NCBI GenBank assembly: GCA_050732635.1
Contig: JBOHRE010000001.1
Location: 5,017-69,016 of the forward strand
Direction: 5' to 3'
DNA from: Longimicrobiales bacterium
GTDB taxonomy: Bacteria; Gemmatimonadota; Gemmatimonadetes; Longimicrobiales; RSA9
DNA length: 64,000 bases
Numbering within the stretch: the stretch's first letter is position 1; every line of letters starts with the position of its first letter. Under the pieces are notes generated by a model. The model was not told the DNA's origin. It worked only from the letters and a program-made list of their open reading frames with translations, and did no database searches. Both the position numbers and the translations under genes were made by a program. This document shows, in pieces, positions 51,332 through 60,435 of the stretch.

Positions 51332-52165
51332 TCAGCCTGTGGCCGTGGCCGCGGCCGGAAGCGGCCGGCGACGTGCCGCCCAGCGCCAGAGCCAGATGCC
51401 CGCGACGACCACGAGCACGCTCATGATCTGCGATGTCGACAGGCCCAGGCCGATGCGGTCGGTCTTCGCCCGGACGATCTCCACGAAGAAGCGTAACGTT
51501 CCCGCACCGATCATGTAGAGCGCGAACAGGCGCCCGGCTGCCAGCGGCCGACTGGAGATCCGCCACAGCACGGTGAACAGCAGGAGCGCACCAGCGGCCT
51601 CGTAGAGTTGCGTCGGATGCACGGCCAGAATCGCGGAGTCCGGAACGTCCGGCGGGATGTCGGCGCCGGCCTGCCGCAGGTAGCCCGCCGTGCTGGGCGG
51701 GGCACCGTTCGGAAATGCCACGCCGACGGCGCTATCGGTTGGCAGGCCGTAGTCATCACCGACGAGGAAGCAACCGATCCGCCCGAGCGCTTGCGCCAGC
51801 GCCAGACCGGGGGCCACCGCATCGAACGCGGTCGGTCTCGACAGCTGATGTCGGCGAACCTGCCACAGGTAGGCCAGGGCCCCGCCAATGAATCCGCCGT
51901 ACCATACCAGCCCGGCCCGGCTCGTCAGCTCGCCCACCGGGTCGGCGATCACGTCGGACCAGTGCAGGCCCAGGTAGTAGAGCTTCGCGCCGACCACGCC
52001 GCCCAGCGCCACCCAGCCGACACAATCCCACGCGAATTCCGCCGGCAACCCGTGCCGGCGTAGCTGAATCGAGAGCGTCCATGCGGCGGCGATGAACGCG
52101 AGGAACATCATCGCGCCGAAGCTGGTTACGGCGACGCCGCCGATCTCGAACAGAACTGGATACAC
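51332..52165 (-). CDS. lgt: prolipoprotein diacylglyceryl transferase
   Basis: The polytopic sequence MYPVLFEIGGVAVTSFG..., YGGFIGG and GRIGCFLVGDDYG are Lgt signatures. Confidence 0.9.
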   Translation of the reverse strand: MYPVLFEIGGVAVTSFGAMMFLAFIAAAWTLSIQLRRHGLPAEFAWDCVGWVALGGVVGAKLYYLGLHWSDVIADPVGELTSRAGLVWYGGFIGGALAYLWQVRRHQLSRPTAFDAVAPGLALAQALGRIGCFLVGDDYGLPTDSAVGVAFPNGAPPSTAGYLRQAGADIPPDVPDSAILAVHPTQLYEAAGALLLFTVLWRISSRPLAAGRLFALYMIGAGTLRFFVEIVRAKTDRIGLGLSTSQIMSVLVVVAGIWLWRWAARRRPLPAAATATG

Positions 52166-52166
52166 G

Positions 52167-52622
52167 TCAATCTCCGTGCGGGTGAGCAGCTCGACGTGCG
52201 GGGTCCGTAGTGGTTGGCCCGGTCCAACGGCGCACGGCTGCCACGATCACGACCGCGCCAAACAGCAGCGCCGCGATCGGCGCCAGGTATACCGTGAGAT
52301 TGAAGCCGCGCGGCTGTGGCTCCAGCAGCACCCACTCACCGTACCTCTCGACGAAGTACGATTTCACCTCGTCCTCGCTGCGTCCGGCCGCGAGCTGATT
52401 GCGCACCACGTCGCGCATCTGCTGCGCCAGCTCGGTCGGTGAGTCCTCGATCGACAAGCCCTGGCAAACCGGGCAGCGGAGCTGCGACGCCACCTCGGCG
52501 GTGCGCGCCTCGAGGCGCCCGTTCGCGGGCGACGTCGCCCCGGCACCGCCTTGGCCTGCCACTGGCGCCGCGGCGACCGCCATGATCATGAGCGCCGCAA
52601 GACCGAGGCGGGCGCTCCTCAC
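52167..52622 (-). CDS. ccmH: cytochrome c-type biogenesis protein CcmH
   Basis: LRCPVCQGLSIEDS motif, then a C-terminal TM helix. The GTG start at 52622 overlaps the ccmG stop. Confidence 0.8.
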   Translation of the reverse strand: MRSARLGLAALMIMAVAAAPVAGQGGAGATSPANGRLEARTAEVASQLRCPVCQGLSIEDSPTELAQQMRDVVRNQLAAGRSEDEVKSYFVERYGEWVLLEPQPRGFNLTVYLAPIAALLFGAVVIVAAVRRWTGPTTTDPARRAAHPHGD

Positions 52623-53233
52623 CGCTGCGCCTCTGACAGTCCGCTCGCCGGCCCCGCCGGCCGGCCCCCTACGGCGTTGCGCCGTTCGACGAGCAACGAG
52701 TCCACGATGCTGACGATCAGGCGCGCACTGACCGGTCCCCACTGGTGATGTGCGACCCGGCCATCCGCGCCGATGAAGAAGGTTTCGGGTACGCCCGTCA
52801 GCCCATACTCGATCGCCGTGCGTCCACCCGGATCCAGCAGTGTGGGATACGTCTGCCCGCCCATCGCTTCGATCCACGCCCGCGCCTTCTCCGGCGTATC
52901 GTTGTACAGAATGCCATAGAAGCGAACCGGACGCTCGCGGTAGGCCAGCGCAGCATCGGACAGCGGCCGATGCTCGTAGCGGCACTCCGCGCACCAGGAC
53001 GCCCAGTAGTTGATGACCACGACGTCACCGCCGTGCCCGGCGAGCCGCACCGTATCGCCGCCGTTCCCCGATCCGCTCGGACCGGAATCCATGATCTCCA
53101 ACGCGAAGGCAGGAGCTACCCGGCCCGGCAGCGTCGAGGGCACGCGTCGCGGGTCGCGCCCCATGCCGAACCACAGCAGGAGCAGCAGCGGCACCGAGAC
53201 CGCCACAGCGACGACCGACCGCCCCCAGTTCAT
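52619..53233 (-). CDS. ccmG: thiol:disulfide interchange protein CcmG/DsbE
   Basis: N-terminal anchor, thioredoxin WASWCAEC motif and GVPETFFI. Only the last 205 codons of ORF 52619-54433 are used. Confidence 0.85.
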   Translation of the reverse strand: MNWGRSVVAVAVSVPLLLLLWFGMGRDPRRVPSTLPGRVAPAFALEIMDSGPSGSGNGGDTVRLAGHGGDVVVINYWASWCAECRYEHRPLSDAALAYRERPVRFYGILYNDTPEKARAWIEAMGGQTYPTLLDPGGRTAIEYGLTGVPETFFIGADGRVAHHQWGPVSARLIVSIVDSLLVERRNAVGGRPAGPASGLSEAQR

Positions 53234-55254
53234 GTAGGATCTCCTGCCCCGACCGTCTCCAAGGCGGAGGGCGACACCGCCCGCGGCGTCCGCACCGCCG
53301 CCGTGCGCCGGCGTCCCGAGCCTGGCAGCGCCGCGATCAGCGCGCCCAGCGCAATGATGAACCCTCCCACCCAGATCCACGCGACCAGCGGTTCGATCAC
53401 GACCCGGATCGTGGCGCTGGAGCCGTCCCGCTCGAACGCCATGAGCGTCGTGTAAAGATCCTCGACTGCGCCGCTGCGTATCGCTGGCGTCGCGATCGGC
53501 TGATCCGACGTGGGATAGAAGTTCATCCGCGGGCTCAGCTCGCCGGTGGTCCGTCCGTCCTCCAACGTGCTCAACGACGCTCCGACCACGAACCGCTGCG
53601 GCTCGTCGCGCGCGAACAGCCGGTCGAAGCGCAGCGTGTAGCCCTCGACCTGCATCGCTTCGCCGACAGCCAGCGTCTGCTCGCGTTCGACCCGGAACGC
53701 CGAGGATGCCGCGATCCCGACCGCCATGATCAGCACGCCGATGTGCGCGACATAGCCGCCATAGCGGCGCCGGTTCGCCGCGACGGCTCGCGTGAGCGCG
53801 ATCGGCCACGCCTCGCGCTGGGCACGACGGCGTGCTGCGGCGGCGGCGCGGAACTCCTCCAGGTTCGATACCAGTGCGAATGCAGCGAAGCCAAACGCCA
53901 GCACCGCGTAGATCGACGGCGTGCCCACGATGATCGAGATCGACACCGCCACGGCGAACGCCGCCGCCGGCGCGACGAACCGGTGGCGCAGGCTGCCGGG
54001 CGCGGCGCGTCGCCAGGGGAGCGCCGGCCCGACACCGACCAGGAACAGCAGCGCCATGATCAACGGCAGCGTCATGCGATTGAAGAATGGGGCGCCCACG
54101 CTGACCTTCACACCCCGTACCGCATCGGCAGCCAGCGGAAAGAGCGTCCCCAGCAACACCGTGAACGTGAACGCGACCAGCAGCAGGTTGTTGACCAGGA
54201 ACACGGCCTCGCGCGAGGCGGGACTGTCGAGGCTGCCGGTCGTGCGTAACCGATCCGAACGGCCGGCAAGCAGAACCAGCGACCCGACCAGAGTCAGAGC
54301 GATGAACGCAAGGAAGTACATGCCGATCGTTCCCTGCGTGAACGCATGGACGGACGAGAGCACGCCGCTGCGCGTCAGAAACGTGCCGAGAATCGTCAGG
54401 AGAAACGTCGCCACGATCAACGTCAGGTTCCACACCTTCAGCATCTCACGCCGCTCCTGCACCATGGACGAGTGCAGGAATGCGGTCGCCGTCAGCCAGG
54501 GCATGAACGACGCGTTCTCGACCGGATCCCAGGCCCAGTAACCGCCCCAGCCGAGCACCTCGTACGACCACCACATGCCAAACATGATCGCGACCGACAG
54601 GAAGCCCCAGGCCGTGACCGTCCAGCGCCGCGTCACTCGGATCCAGCGATCGTCCAGCCGCCCCGACAACAGCGCGCCGATGGCGAACGCGAACGGCACC
54701 GTCATACCCACATACCCGAGGTAGAGAAACGGTGGGTGGATCGCCATCAGGATGTGGTTCTGGAGCAGCGGGTTGGGCCCCGGTCCATCGGCCGGCACCG
54801 GCCAGACCCGGCCGAACGGGTTGGCCGGCCCGACCAGCAATAGCAGGAAGAACGCCTGCACGATCAGCAGCGCCGCCGCGGCGTATGCGAACAGATCACT
54901 GCGCTCGCGACGGTACAGCCAGACTGCGGCCGCGGAGTAGCCGGCCAGCACCAGGCCCCAGAACAGAATCGAGCCTTCCAGCGCGCTCCACAACGAGATC
55001 ACGGTGAACAGCATTGGCGTCGCCCGGCTCCCCACCTGGGCGACGTAGTCGATACTGAAGTCCCGTGCCACGAGCGCGTAAACCATGGCAGCGTTGGCCA
55101 GTGAGAGCAGCGCGAAATTCGTGTACGTCACGAGCTTCGCGCTTTCCACAAGGTCGCGCCGGCCGGCTCGCACGCCGGCCACTACCGCGATCGCACCATA
55201 AATGGCGAGTGCCAGTGCCACCGCCGTCGCCGAATAGCCCAGCGCCCGCGTCAT
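53230..55254 (-). CDS. ccmF: cytochrome c-type biogenesis heme lyase subunit CcmF
   Basis: 674-aa polytopic protein with the WWD-type motif WGGYWAWDPVEN. Confidence 0.9.
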   Translation of the reverse strand: MTRALGYSATAVALALAIYGAIAVVAGVRAGRRDLVESAKLVTYTNFALLSLANAAMVYALVARDFSIDYVAQVGSRATPMLFTVISLWSALEGSILFWGLVLAGYSAAAVWLYRRERSDLFAYAAAALLIVQAFFLLLLVGPANPFGRVWPVPADGPGPNPLLQNHILMAIHPPFLYLGYVGMTVPFAFAIGALLSGRLDDRWIRVTRRWTVTAWGFLSVAIMFGMWWSYEVLGWGGYWAWDPVENASFMPWLTATAFLHSSMVQERREMLKVWNLTLIVATFLLTILGTFLTRSGVLSSVHAFTQGTIGMYFLAFIALTLVGSLVLLAGRSDRLRTTGSLDSPASREAVFLVNNLLLVAFTFTVLLGTLFPLAADAVRGVKVSVGAPFFNRMTLPLIMALLFLVGVGPALPWRRAAPGSLRHRFVAPAAAFAVAVSISIIVGTPSIYAVLAFGFAAFALVSNLEEFRAAAAARRRAQREAWPIALTRAVAANRRRYGGYVAHIGVLIMAVGIAASSAFRVEREQTLAVGEAMQVEGYTLRFDRLFARDEPQRFVVGASLSTLEDGRTTGELSPRMNFYPTSDQPIATPAIRSGAVEDLYTTLMAFERDGSSATIRVVIEPLVAWIWVGGFIIALGALIAALPGSGRRRTAAVRTPRAVSPSALETVGAGDPT

Positions 55255-55724
55255 GCCTCACCATCCCGCAGCAGGCTCCGATACAGCTCCTGCGGCTCCT
55301 GGCCTTCGTGTGGTGGGCGGTACTCGTTCGAGTGCTTCACCATCAGATTCGTAGACTCGAAGACATCAGCCCGCGTGAACCGGCCCTCGACGACCACGCC
55401 GATCCCATCACGGAACATGGCCGGAGGTGCGCCCCGCGCATGCACATCCAGCGTGCGCGTACCATCGGTGATGCGGAACTGTAGCCGCAGCGCTTCCGCA
55501 TCCCAGCTCACACTTCCCGGCGCGACCTGCCCACCGAGCCGCACCGGCGTCTCGTATGCCGAGGGCCCCTTGGCGAGCAGCTCCGTAGGCGTCAGAAAGT
55601 AGACCAGATTCTCGCCGATGCCGCTATAGAGCAGGTACGCGAACGCCGCCGCGATCACCGTGATTCCGCCGGCAATCCCGAACCTTCTCGTCCCGACACG
55701 CGCGGCTGTCGGTCCAGCCATCAT
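55251..55724 (-). CDS. ccmE: heme chaperone CcmE
   Basis: N-terminal anchor, OB-fold region and a C-terminal MVKHSNEYRPP heme-binding His context. Confidence 0.85.
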   Translation of the reverse strand: MMAGPTAARVGTRRFGIAGGITVIAAAFAYLLYSGIGENLVYFLTPTELLAKGPSAYETPVRLGGQVAPGSVSWDAEALRLQFRITDGTRTLDVHARGAPPAMFRDGIGVVVEGRFTRADVFESTNLMVKHSNEYRPPHEGQEPQELYRSLLRDGEA

Positions 55725-55861
55725 TTACCCGGTCGCCCTTCGTCGAAGGTTCGCAATTCGGCCGCCACGCGCCGTGCCCGCACTGCGAGGTATACGCCAT
55801 ACGCGACCAGGACGATCCACGTCACGCTGTAGGCGGCGACGACGAACCCCCACTCAGACAC
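55721..55861 (-). CDS. ccmD: heme exporter protein CcmD (46 aa, below the ORF-track size cutoff)
   Basis: Hand translation of the minus strand gives VSEWGFVVAAYSVTWIVLVAYGVYLAVRARRVAAELRTFDEGRPGK*. It has a single TM helix and a basic tail. It overlaps the ccmC stop and the ccmE start. Confidence 0.7.
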   Translation of the reverse strand: MSEWGFVVAAYSVTWIVLVAYGVYLAVRARRVAAELRTFDEGRPGK

Positions 55862-56567
55862 CGGCCCCCTCCTCGCTCAGCGCCCGCTCCTCCTCGTACT
55901 GTTCCACGACGCGCTCAAGCCGCGCAATCTGATAGCGTCGACCGATGAAGTAGATCAGCACCAGAACGAATGCGAGCCCGTTCGCGTCCAGTGCCGTCAC
56001 GTATTCCGTAGCCACCGTGCTCGGACTCGATTGCACCTGGTGAATCGTTCGCCACCACTGCACGGAATAGTACACGATGATGACGTTGAGGAAACCGAGG
56101 ATGCCCACGGCGGCGCTCCACGTCGCTCGCCGCTCAGCGTCGTCCACGAAGGAGCGCAGCGCCAGGTAACCTGCGAAAACCAGCAGCAGCACCGCAGTGG
56201 TCGTGAGGCGCGGGTCCCAGGTCCACCAGACCCCCCACGTCGGGCGCGCCCAGATCGAGCCAAGCGCCAGCGTCAGCGCGGTCAGCACAGTGCCGCTTTC
56301 CGCGGCGGCCGCTGCCAGCAGGTCGTAGTTGCTCCGCCGCCGCCACAGGAATGCTACGCTCATCACGAAGACGATGCCGAACGCGAGGAACGCACTCCAT
56401 GCCGCAGGCACATGGACGTACATGATCTTCTGCAGGTGCCCCATGTCGCGCTCCGGCGGCGACTGCGTCAGGCCGAACAGCTGCGCCCCGACCAGCGCGA
56501 ACAGCGCCAGCCCGCCGCAGATCCGTAGCCAACGCGACTCGCTCATCACCCCCGAACGTCGATTCAT
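55854..56567 (-). CDS. ccmC: heme exporter protein CcmC
   Basis: The WWD motif WGVWWTWDPRLT is present in a polytopic protein. Confidence 0.9.
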   Translation of the reverse strand: MNRRSGVMSESRWLRICGGLALFALVGAQLFGLTQSPPERDMGHLQKIMYVHVPAAWSAFLAFGIVFVMSVAFLWRRRSNYDLLAAAAAESGTVLTALTLALGSIWARPTWGVWWTWDPRLTTTAVLLLVFAGYLALRSFVDDAERRATWSAAVGILGFLNVIIVYYSVQWWRTIHQVQSSPSTVATEYVTALDANGLAFVLVLIYFIGRRYQIARLERVVEQYEEERALSEEGAGV

Positions 56568-57281
56568 CTAGGCCTCGATCACTGCGTCGAAGAGCAGAAA
56601 GCTGCCTGCCAGACAGATCACATCGAATGCGGCCAGCACGCGCAGCCAGACGCGGCTGTCGCCCATGACATCCCCGGCCAGCAGTGCCGAGGTGGCTTCG
56701 ACCGAGGCGATCAGTACGGGTACGAGCACCGGGAACAGAAGCAGCGGCAGCAGCACCTCCCGCGCCCGGACCTGGCTCGCGATCGCGGCGTAAAAGGTTC
56801 CCAGCGTCACGAAGCCGATCGTGCCCAGCGCCAGCACGGCCAGCAGACCCGGTAACGGCCGGATCAGCGGTAGATCGAACAGCACGCCGGCGACCGGCAC
56901 GACCAGGACTTCGATCAACGCGACGAAAGCCAGGTTTGCCAGGAGCTTGCCGGCGAACAGCGATCGTCGCCCACCAGGGTACGACAGCAGGGTGTCCAGC
57001 GCGCCGTTTTCCAGCTCGAGTTGATAGGAGCGGTTGAATGCCAGCACCCCACTGAATAGCACGGTCAGCCAGAGCACGCCGGCAGCGGCAGCTCTCAGGG
57101 CCTCCACATCCGGTCCGAGCGCGAAGCCGAAAAGCAGCAGCATGAGGACCGCAAGCGCGACAACCGCATTGAAATTCGCCTTGCTGCGCCCTTCGCTGAC
57201 GAGGTCCTTCCACGCGACGGCGAGCATCCGTTCGCTCGCCGCCCGCAAGCCTTGCCTCGCCGCCGGGGTCGCGGCCGTCAT
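56568..57281 (-). CDS. ccmB: heme exporter permease CcmB
   Basis: Six-TM protein in the conserved position between ccmA and ccmC. Confidence 0.8.
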   Translation of the reverse strand: MTAATPAARQGLRAASERMLAVAWKDLVSEGRSKANFNAVVALAVLMLLLFGFALGPDVEALRAAAAGVLWLTVLFSGVLAFNRSYQLELENGALDTLLSYPGGRRSLFAGKLLANLAFVALIEVLVVPVAGVLFDLPLIRPLPGLLAVLALGTIGFVTLGTFYAAIASQVRAREVLLPLLLFPVLVPVLIASVEATSALLAGDVMGDSRVWLRVLAAFDVICLAGSFLLFDAVIEA

Positions 57282-57976
57282 TCGATCGCGACCAGCCGCC
57301 CCGCCTCGAGCCGCAGCCTGCGGGTGACGAGGTCCGCCGCACGATCCACGTCGTGGGTGGCGATGAGCGTGGCGCCAGGGTGGTCGCCGACCTCGCGCAC
57401 CAGCTCGTGCACGAGTCGGATGCCGTCGCTGTCGAACGCGGCATGCGGTTCATCGAGCAGCAGCAGCCGCGGCGGCCGCAACCAGAGTCGGGCCAGCGCC
57501 AGGCGCCGTTGCATGCCGACGGAGTAGTCGCGCGCGCGGAGGTCGGCATCGTCGAGCAGACCGACCCGCTCCAGCAGCGCATCGATGCGGGTCTTCTCGA
57601 CGATCAGACCGAGCATGCGCATTGCGAAGCGCAAGTTCTCACGCGCCGTGAGATCGGGATACACACCACTCGCGTGGCCGAGCATTCCCGTGCTCGCACG
57701 CACGGCATTGCCCTCCTGGGCGAGGTCATGACCGAAAATCCGGCCGCCTCCGCGCGTGGGCCGCGTCAGAGTCGCGAGCACCCGCAGCAGCGTGGTCTTG
57801 CCACTACCGTTGCGGCCGAAGAGCGCCACCACCTCGCCGACGCCGATCTGCAGATCGACACCGCGCAACACCCAGCGGCGACCGAATCGCTTCGCAACTC
57901 CCTCGAGAACGGCCGGCAGCGCTCCGCCCCGCGGGCTCTGCGCTGCCGGGACCGGCTCACTGAGGTCCACGCTCAC
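57278..57976 (-). CDS. ccmA: heme exporter ABC ATP-binding protein CcmA
   Basis: Walker A GRNGSGKTT, LLLDEP Walker B, and operon context. Confidence 0.85.
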   Translation of the reverse strand: MSVDLSEPVPAAQSPRGGALPAVLEGVAKRFGRRWVLRGVDLQIGVGEVVALFGRNGSGKTTLLRVLATLTRPTRGGGRIFGHDLAQEGNAVRASTGMLGHASGVYPDLTARENLRFAMRMLGLIVEKTRIDALLERVGLLDDADLRARDYSVGMQRRLALARLWLRPPRLLLLDEPHAAFDSDGIRLVHELVREVGDHPGATLIATHDVDRAADLVTRRLRLEAGRLVAIE

Positions 57977-58553
57977 GGTCGAACTCGACAGCCGGCGCCG
58001 TCGTCGCTTCCTCGGACGCCTCGACTGGATCGCGCCGCTCGGCGCCGATGACGCGCGCTGTCAGAGCCTGCGGGAATTGCCGGATGTAAGTGTTGTAGGT
58101 TCGCACGGTCTCGTTGTAGTCGTGGCGTGTGACCGCGATCCGATTCTCCGTCTCGGTCAACTCATCCTGTAGCGCAATGAAGCTGTCATTGGCCCGAAGC
58201 GTCGGATAGGCTTCCACAGCGACATTCAGGAAGAGTCGAAGATTCTCCGAGACGGCCGCGCTGGCCCGCCCGAGCTCGTCGCCCTCCGCGCCCTGCTCGA
58301 CCGCGCGCGCGACCTCCTGCCTGGCGCTGTTCAGGCCTGCCCGCGCACGCGCCACCTCGGTGAACGTCTCCTGCTCGAACGCTGCCGCCTCGTCCACCGT
58401 CGCGACCAGATTCGGAATCAGATCGTTTCGCCGCATCAATTCCGCTTCGATGTTGGCGCGCGCCGCGGTCGTTGCCTCGTCCAGCTCCTGGATCCGATTG
58501 TACCCACAGCCAGATACCAGTACCACCAAGCAGAGTCCTAGCGCTCGGCTCAT
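57957..58553 (-). CDS. lemA: LemA family protein
   Basis: Lipobox LVSGC. NRIQELDE...RRNDLIPNLV...RHDYNETVRTYNTYIRQFP are typical LemA motifs. Confidence 0.85.
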   Translation of the reverse strand: MSRALGLCLVVLVSGCGYNRIQELDEATTAARANIEAELMRRNDLIPNLVATVDEAAAFEQETFTEVARARAGLNSARQEVARAVEQGAEGDELGRASAAVSENLRLFLNVAVEAYPTLRANDSFIALQDELTETENRIAVTRHDYNETVRTYNTYIRQFPQALTARVIGAERRDPVEASEEATTAPAVEFDRERGPQ

Positions 58554-59281
58554 GAGCCTGTCTCCTCGGGTGACGCGTCGATATGGTCGGCGAGCCGTTC
58601 CATGGCTTGGAAGTAGCCGCCGACCACGGGTTCGTCCAGACTCCAGGCCGGAGGCCGCCGCCGCCCGCGCGCTTCACGGGCGCGCTGCAGCGGGGCATCG
58701 TCGCAGCCCAGCAATTCGCAACCCTGACGCAGCACGCTTTCGTCGCGGGCCGGCACGACTCGACCCGCCAGACGCAACGCGGCGCGCATGTAGGTCATGA
58801 ATGATGGCAGGGCGCGCAGCAGCAGGCTGCCGATCTCTGATGGCTTTGCCGCCGCCACCATGAGCCCCTCGCGAAGCTGTATGATTTTGCCGCGCAGCTC
58901 GCGCTCGGCTTGCAGCCGGAGTGCCCGCCGCTGCACCTCGAGGCCTTCGAGCGGATCCGCACCGTACAGCATTCGGTGCGCCTCGATCATGTCGGCGAGC
59001 TCGATCGCGAACGCGTCGGCCGCCCGCCGCCATTCGCTCCAGGCGAGCAGCAACGGTGCCGTGTTCCCTGCCCGGCTCCAGCGCCGGGCCAGCGGAGCCG
59101 CAGCGCGCAGCTCGGCCGTCGTGATCCGCTCCAGCACGACGAGCACGTTGATGTCGCTCACGCCGGGAATCGCCTCGCCGCGCGCCACCGATCCGTAGAG
59201 CAGGACACTGCGGAGCTGCTGCCCCAGCGCCTGCTCGAGGCCCGCGCTCAACTCCTGCGCCGTTTGCACGCTGTCCTTCAT
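58550..59281 (-). CDS. nucleotidyltransferase-domain protein (Pol-beta superfamily) with helical C-terminal domain
   Basis: The LLYGSVARGEAIPGVSDINVLVVL (GS...D.D) NTase motif is followed by an all-helical region. Confidence 0.6.
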   Translation of the reverse strand: MKDSVQTAQELSAGLEQALGQQLRSVLLYGSVARGEAIPGVSDINVLVVLERITTAELRAAAPLARRWSRAGNTAPLLLAWSEWRRAADAFAIELADMIEAHRMLYGADPLEGLEVQRRALRLQAERELRGKIIQLREGLMVAAAKPSEIGSLLLRALPSFMTYMRAALRLAGRVVPARDESVLRQGCELLGCDDAPLQRAREARGRRRPPAWSLDEPVVGGYFQAMERLADHIDASPEETGS

Positions 59282-59290
59282 CGATCGCCT

Positions 59291-60133
59291 CTACCAGCTC
59301 CGCCCTGCACCGCCACCACCGAAGCCGCCACCGCCACCGAAGCCACCAAAGCCACCCCCGAAGCCGCCACCCCCGAAGCCCCCGCCTCCGAAGCCGCCCC
59401 ACCCTCCGCGATGACGGCCACCCATCGGGAAGGGCAGGAAGAGCGGCAGCACGCCGCGCCGGCGTCTGCGGCCGCCTCTTGTGAGCGCGAGCAACAGGAT
59501 GACCAAGATCAACAGCCGCCACCCGCCGAACCGGTTGGGCCCACCATCATCGGACTCCGCCTGCAGCTCGCGCGGCACGTCGCCGGTGAGCTGAAAATCG
59601 AAGAACTCCGCGTACTCGGCGGCGAGCGCGATGACGCCACTCAATGTTCCCGACCCATAATCGCTCTGGCGGAACGCGGGCAACATGTAGCGGTCGGCGA
59701 TCCGGCCGGCTTCGGCCGCGGTGATGAATTGCGTGGTGCCGATCCCCGTCTCGATCTTCACGTGACCCCGGCCATCCGGAGACTGCTCCTTCGGCACGAC
59801 CAGGATCACCGCGCCGGTGTTGCGCCCGCGGTCACCCGGATCGCCGGCCCGACCGATCCCCCACTCGCGGCCGAGTCGCAACGCCACCTCGTCGATCGGC
59901 CGGCCGTTCAGCGACGGCAGCGTCACCACCACGATCTCACCGCCCGACTTCGTACGCACCTCGTCGATCACCGCGGTGATCGACTGCTCGTAGGCCGGTG
60001 TCAGCACGTTCGCGAAGTCGTTCACGTAGCCGACCGGTTGCGGCAGCGAAGATTGCGCTGCCGCCGCTGCCGGCCCACACGCACTCAACGCCCAGACGAC
60101 TGCGAACCCGCCGCGTTCAGGCCGCCGCATCAT
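59291..60133 (-). CDS. TPM-domain (YgcG-like) protein with TM helix and Gly-rich tail
   Basis: Signal peptide. VNDFANVLTP...EIVVVTLPSL...REWGIG match TPM motifs. The C-terminus is GGGFGGGGFGGGFGGFGGGGGFGGGG. The start is the ATG-ATG at 60133. Confidence 0.8.
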   Translation of the reverse strand: MMRRPERGGFAVVWALSACGPAAAAAQSSLPQPVGYVNDFANVLTPAYEQSITAVIDEVRTKSGGEIVVVTLPSLNGRPIDEVALRLGREWGIGRAGDPGDRGRNTGAVILVVPKEQSPDGRGHVKIETGIGTTQFITAAEAGRIADRYMLPAFRQSDYGSGTLSGVIALAAEYAEFFDFQLTGDVPRELQAESDDGGPNRFGGWRLLILVILLLALTRGGRRRRRGVLPLFLPFPMGGRHRGGWGGFGGGGFGGGGFGGGFGGFGGGGGFGGGGAGRSW

Positions 60134-60157
60134 TTCTGCTGTCGTAACCTCGCAATG

Positions 60158-60189
60158 AAAAAGCTCCGGCACCGCGCAAGCGCCGGAGC
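60158..60189 (-). terminator. intrinsic-terminator-like hairpin on the minus strand, inside the leader of the TPM/LemA/ccm operon
   Basis: The minus strand reads GCTCCGGC-(11 nt loop)-GCCGGAGC-TTTTT. The U-tract ends 25 nt before the ATG at 60133. Confidence 0.45.
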
Positions 60190-60435
60190 GTCCGCTCCGC
60201 AGGTGTAGCGTCCCGCCGCCCCGCCCCAATCTACGTCCGCGACGGTCGCGGACAACCAGGCCGGCCTGCCTTCCGACTGTCCTTCCGCCAGCGACGATTC
60301 GGTCTTTCTTCGGGATCGACGGTGCGCGCCGCGCGCGGGTTTTGAGGCCGGGAGTACGACTAGCCCGCATCTTGCACACGTCCAATTGGCCATAAGGCAT
60401 ATTGCGACTCCGACTTAGCGGATACGGAGGCGAGG

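Noticed and set aside
53234-54433. Upstream 400 codons of the 604-aa ORF 52619-54433(-).
   Set aside because: Only the last 205 codons (from MNWGRS...) form a CcmG/DsbE thioredoxin protein. The upstream part overlaps ccmF in another frame and is low-complexity.
60235-60253. Perfect 19-bp palindrome GTCCGCGAC-G-GTCGCGGAC in the TPM/response-regulator spacer.
   Set aside because: By rough estimate, about one 9-bp perfect inverted repeat per spacer length is expected by chance in 64 kb of this base composition. It is not significant on its own and may be part of the leader described in the findings.
60321-60345. Plus-strand GC hairpin (GCGCGC-c-GCGCGC) followed by GGGTTTT, as a terminator or attenuator before the response-regulator gene.
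   Set aside because: The stem is self-complementary with an impossible 1-nt loop. The T-run is only 4 nt and is separated from the stem by GGG. It is much weaker than the minus-strand element.
60384-60404. Sigma-54 promoter-like TGGCC...TTGCG upstream of the response regulator.
   Set aside because: The GG-to-GC spacing is 14 nt instead of the required 10 nt.
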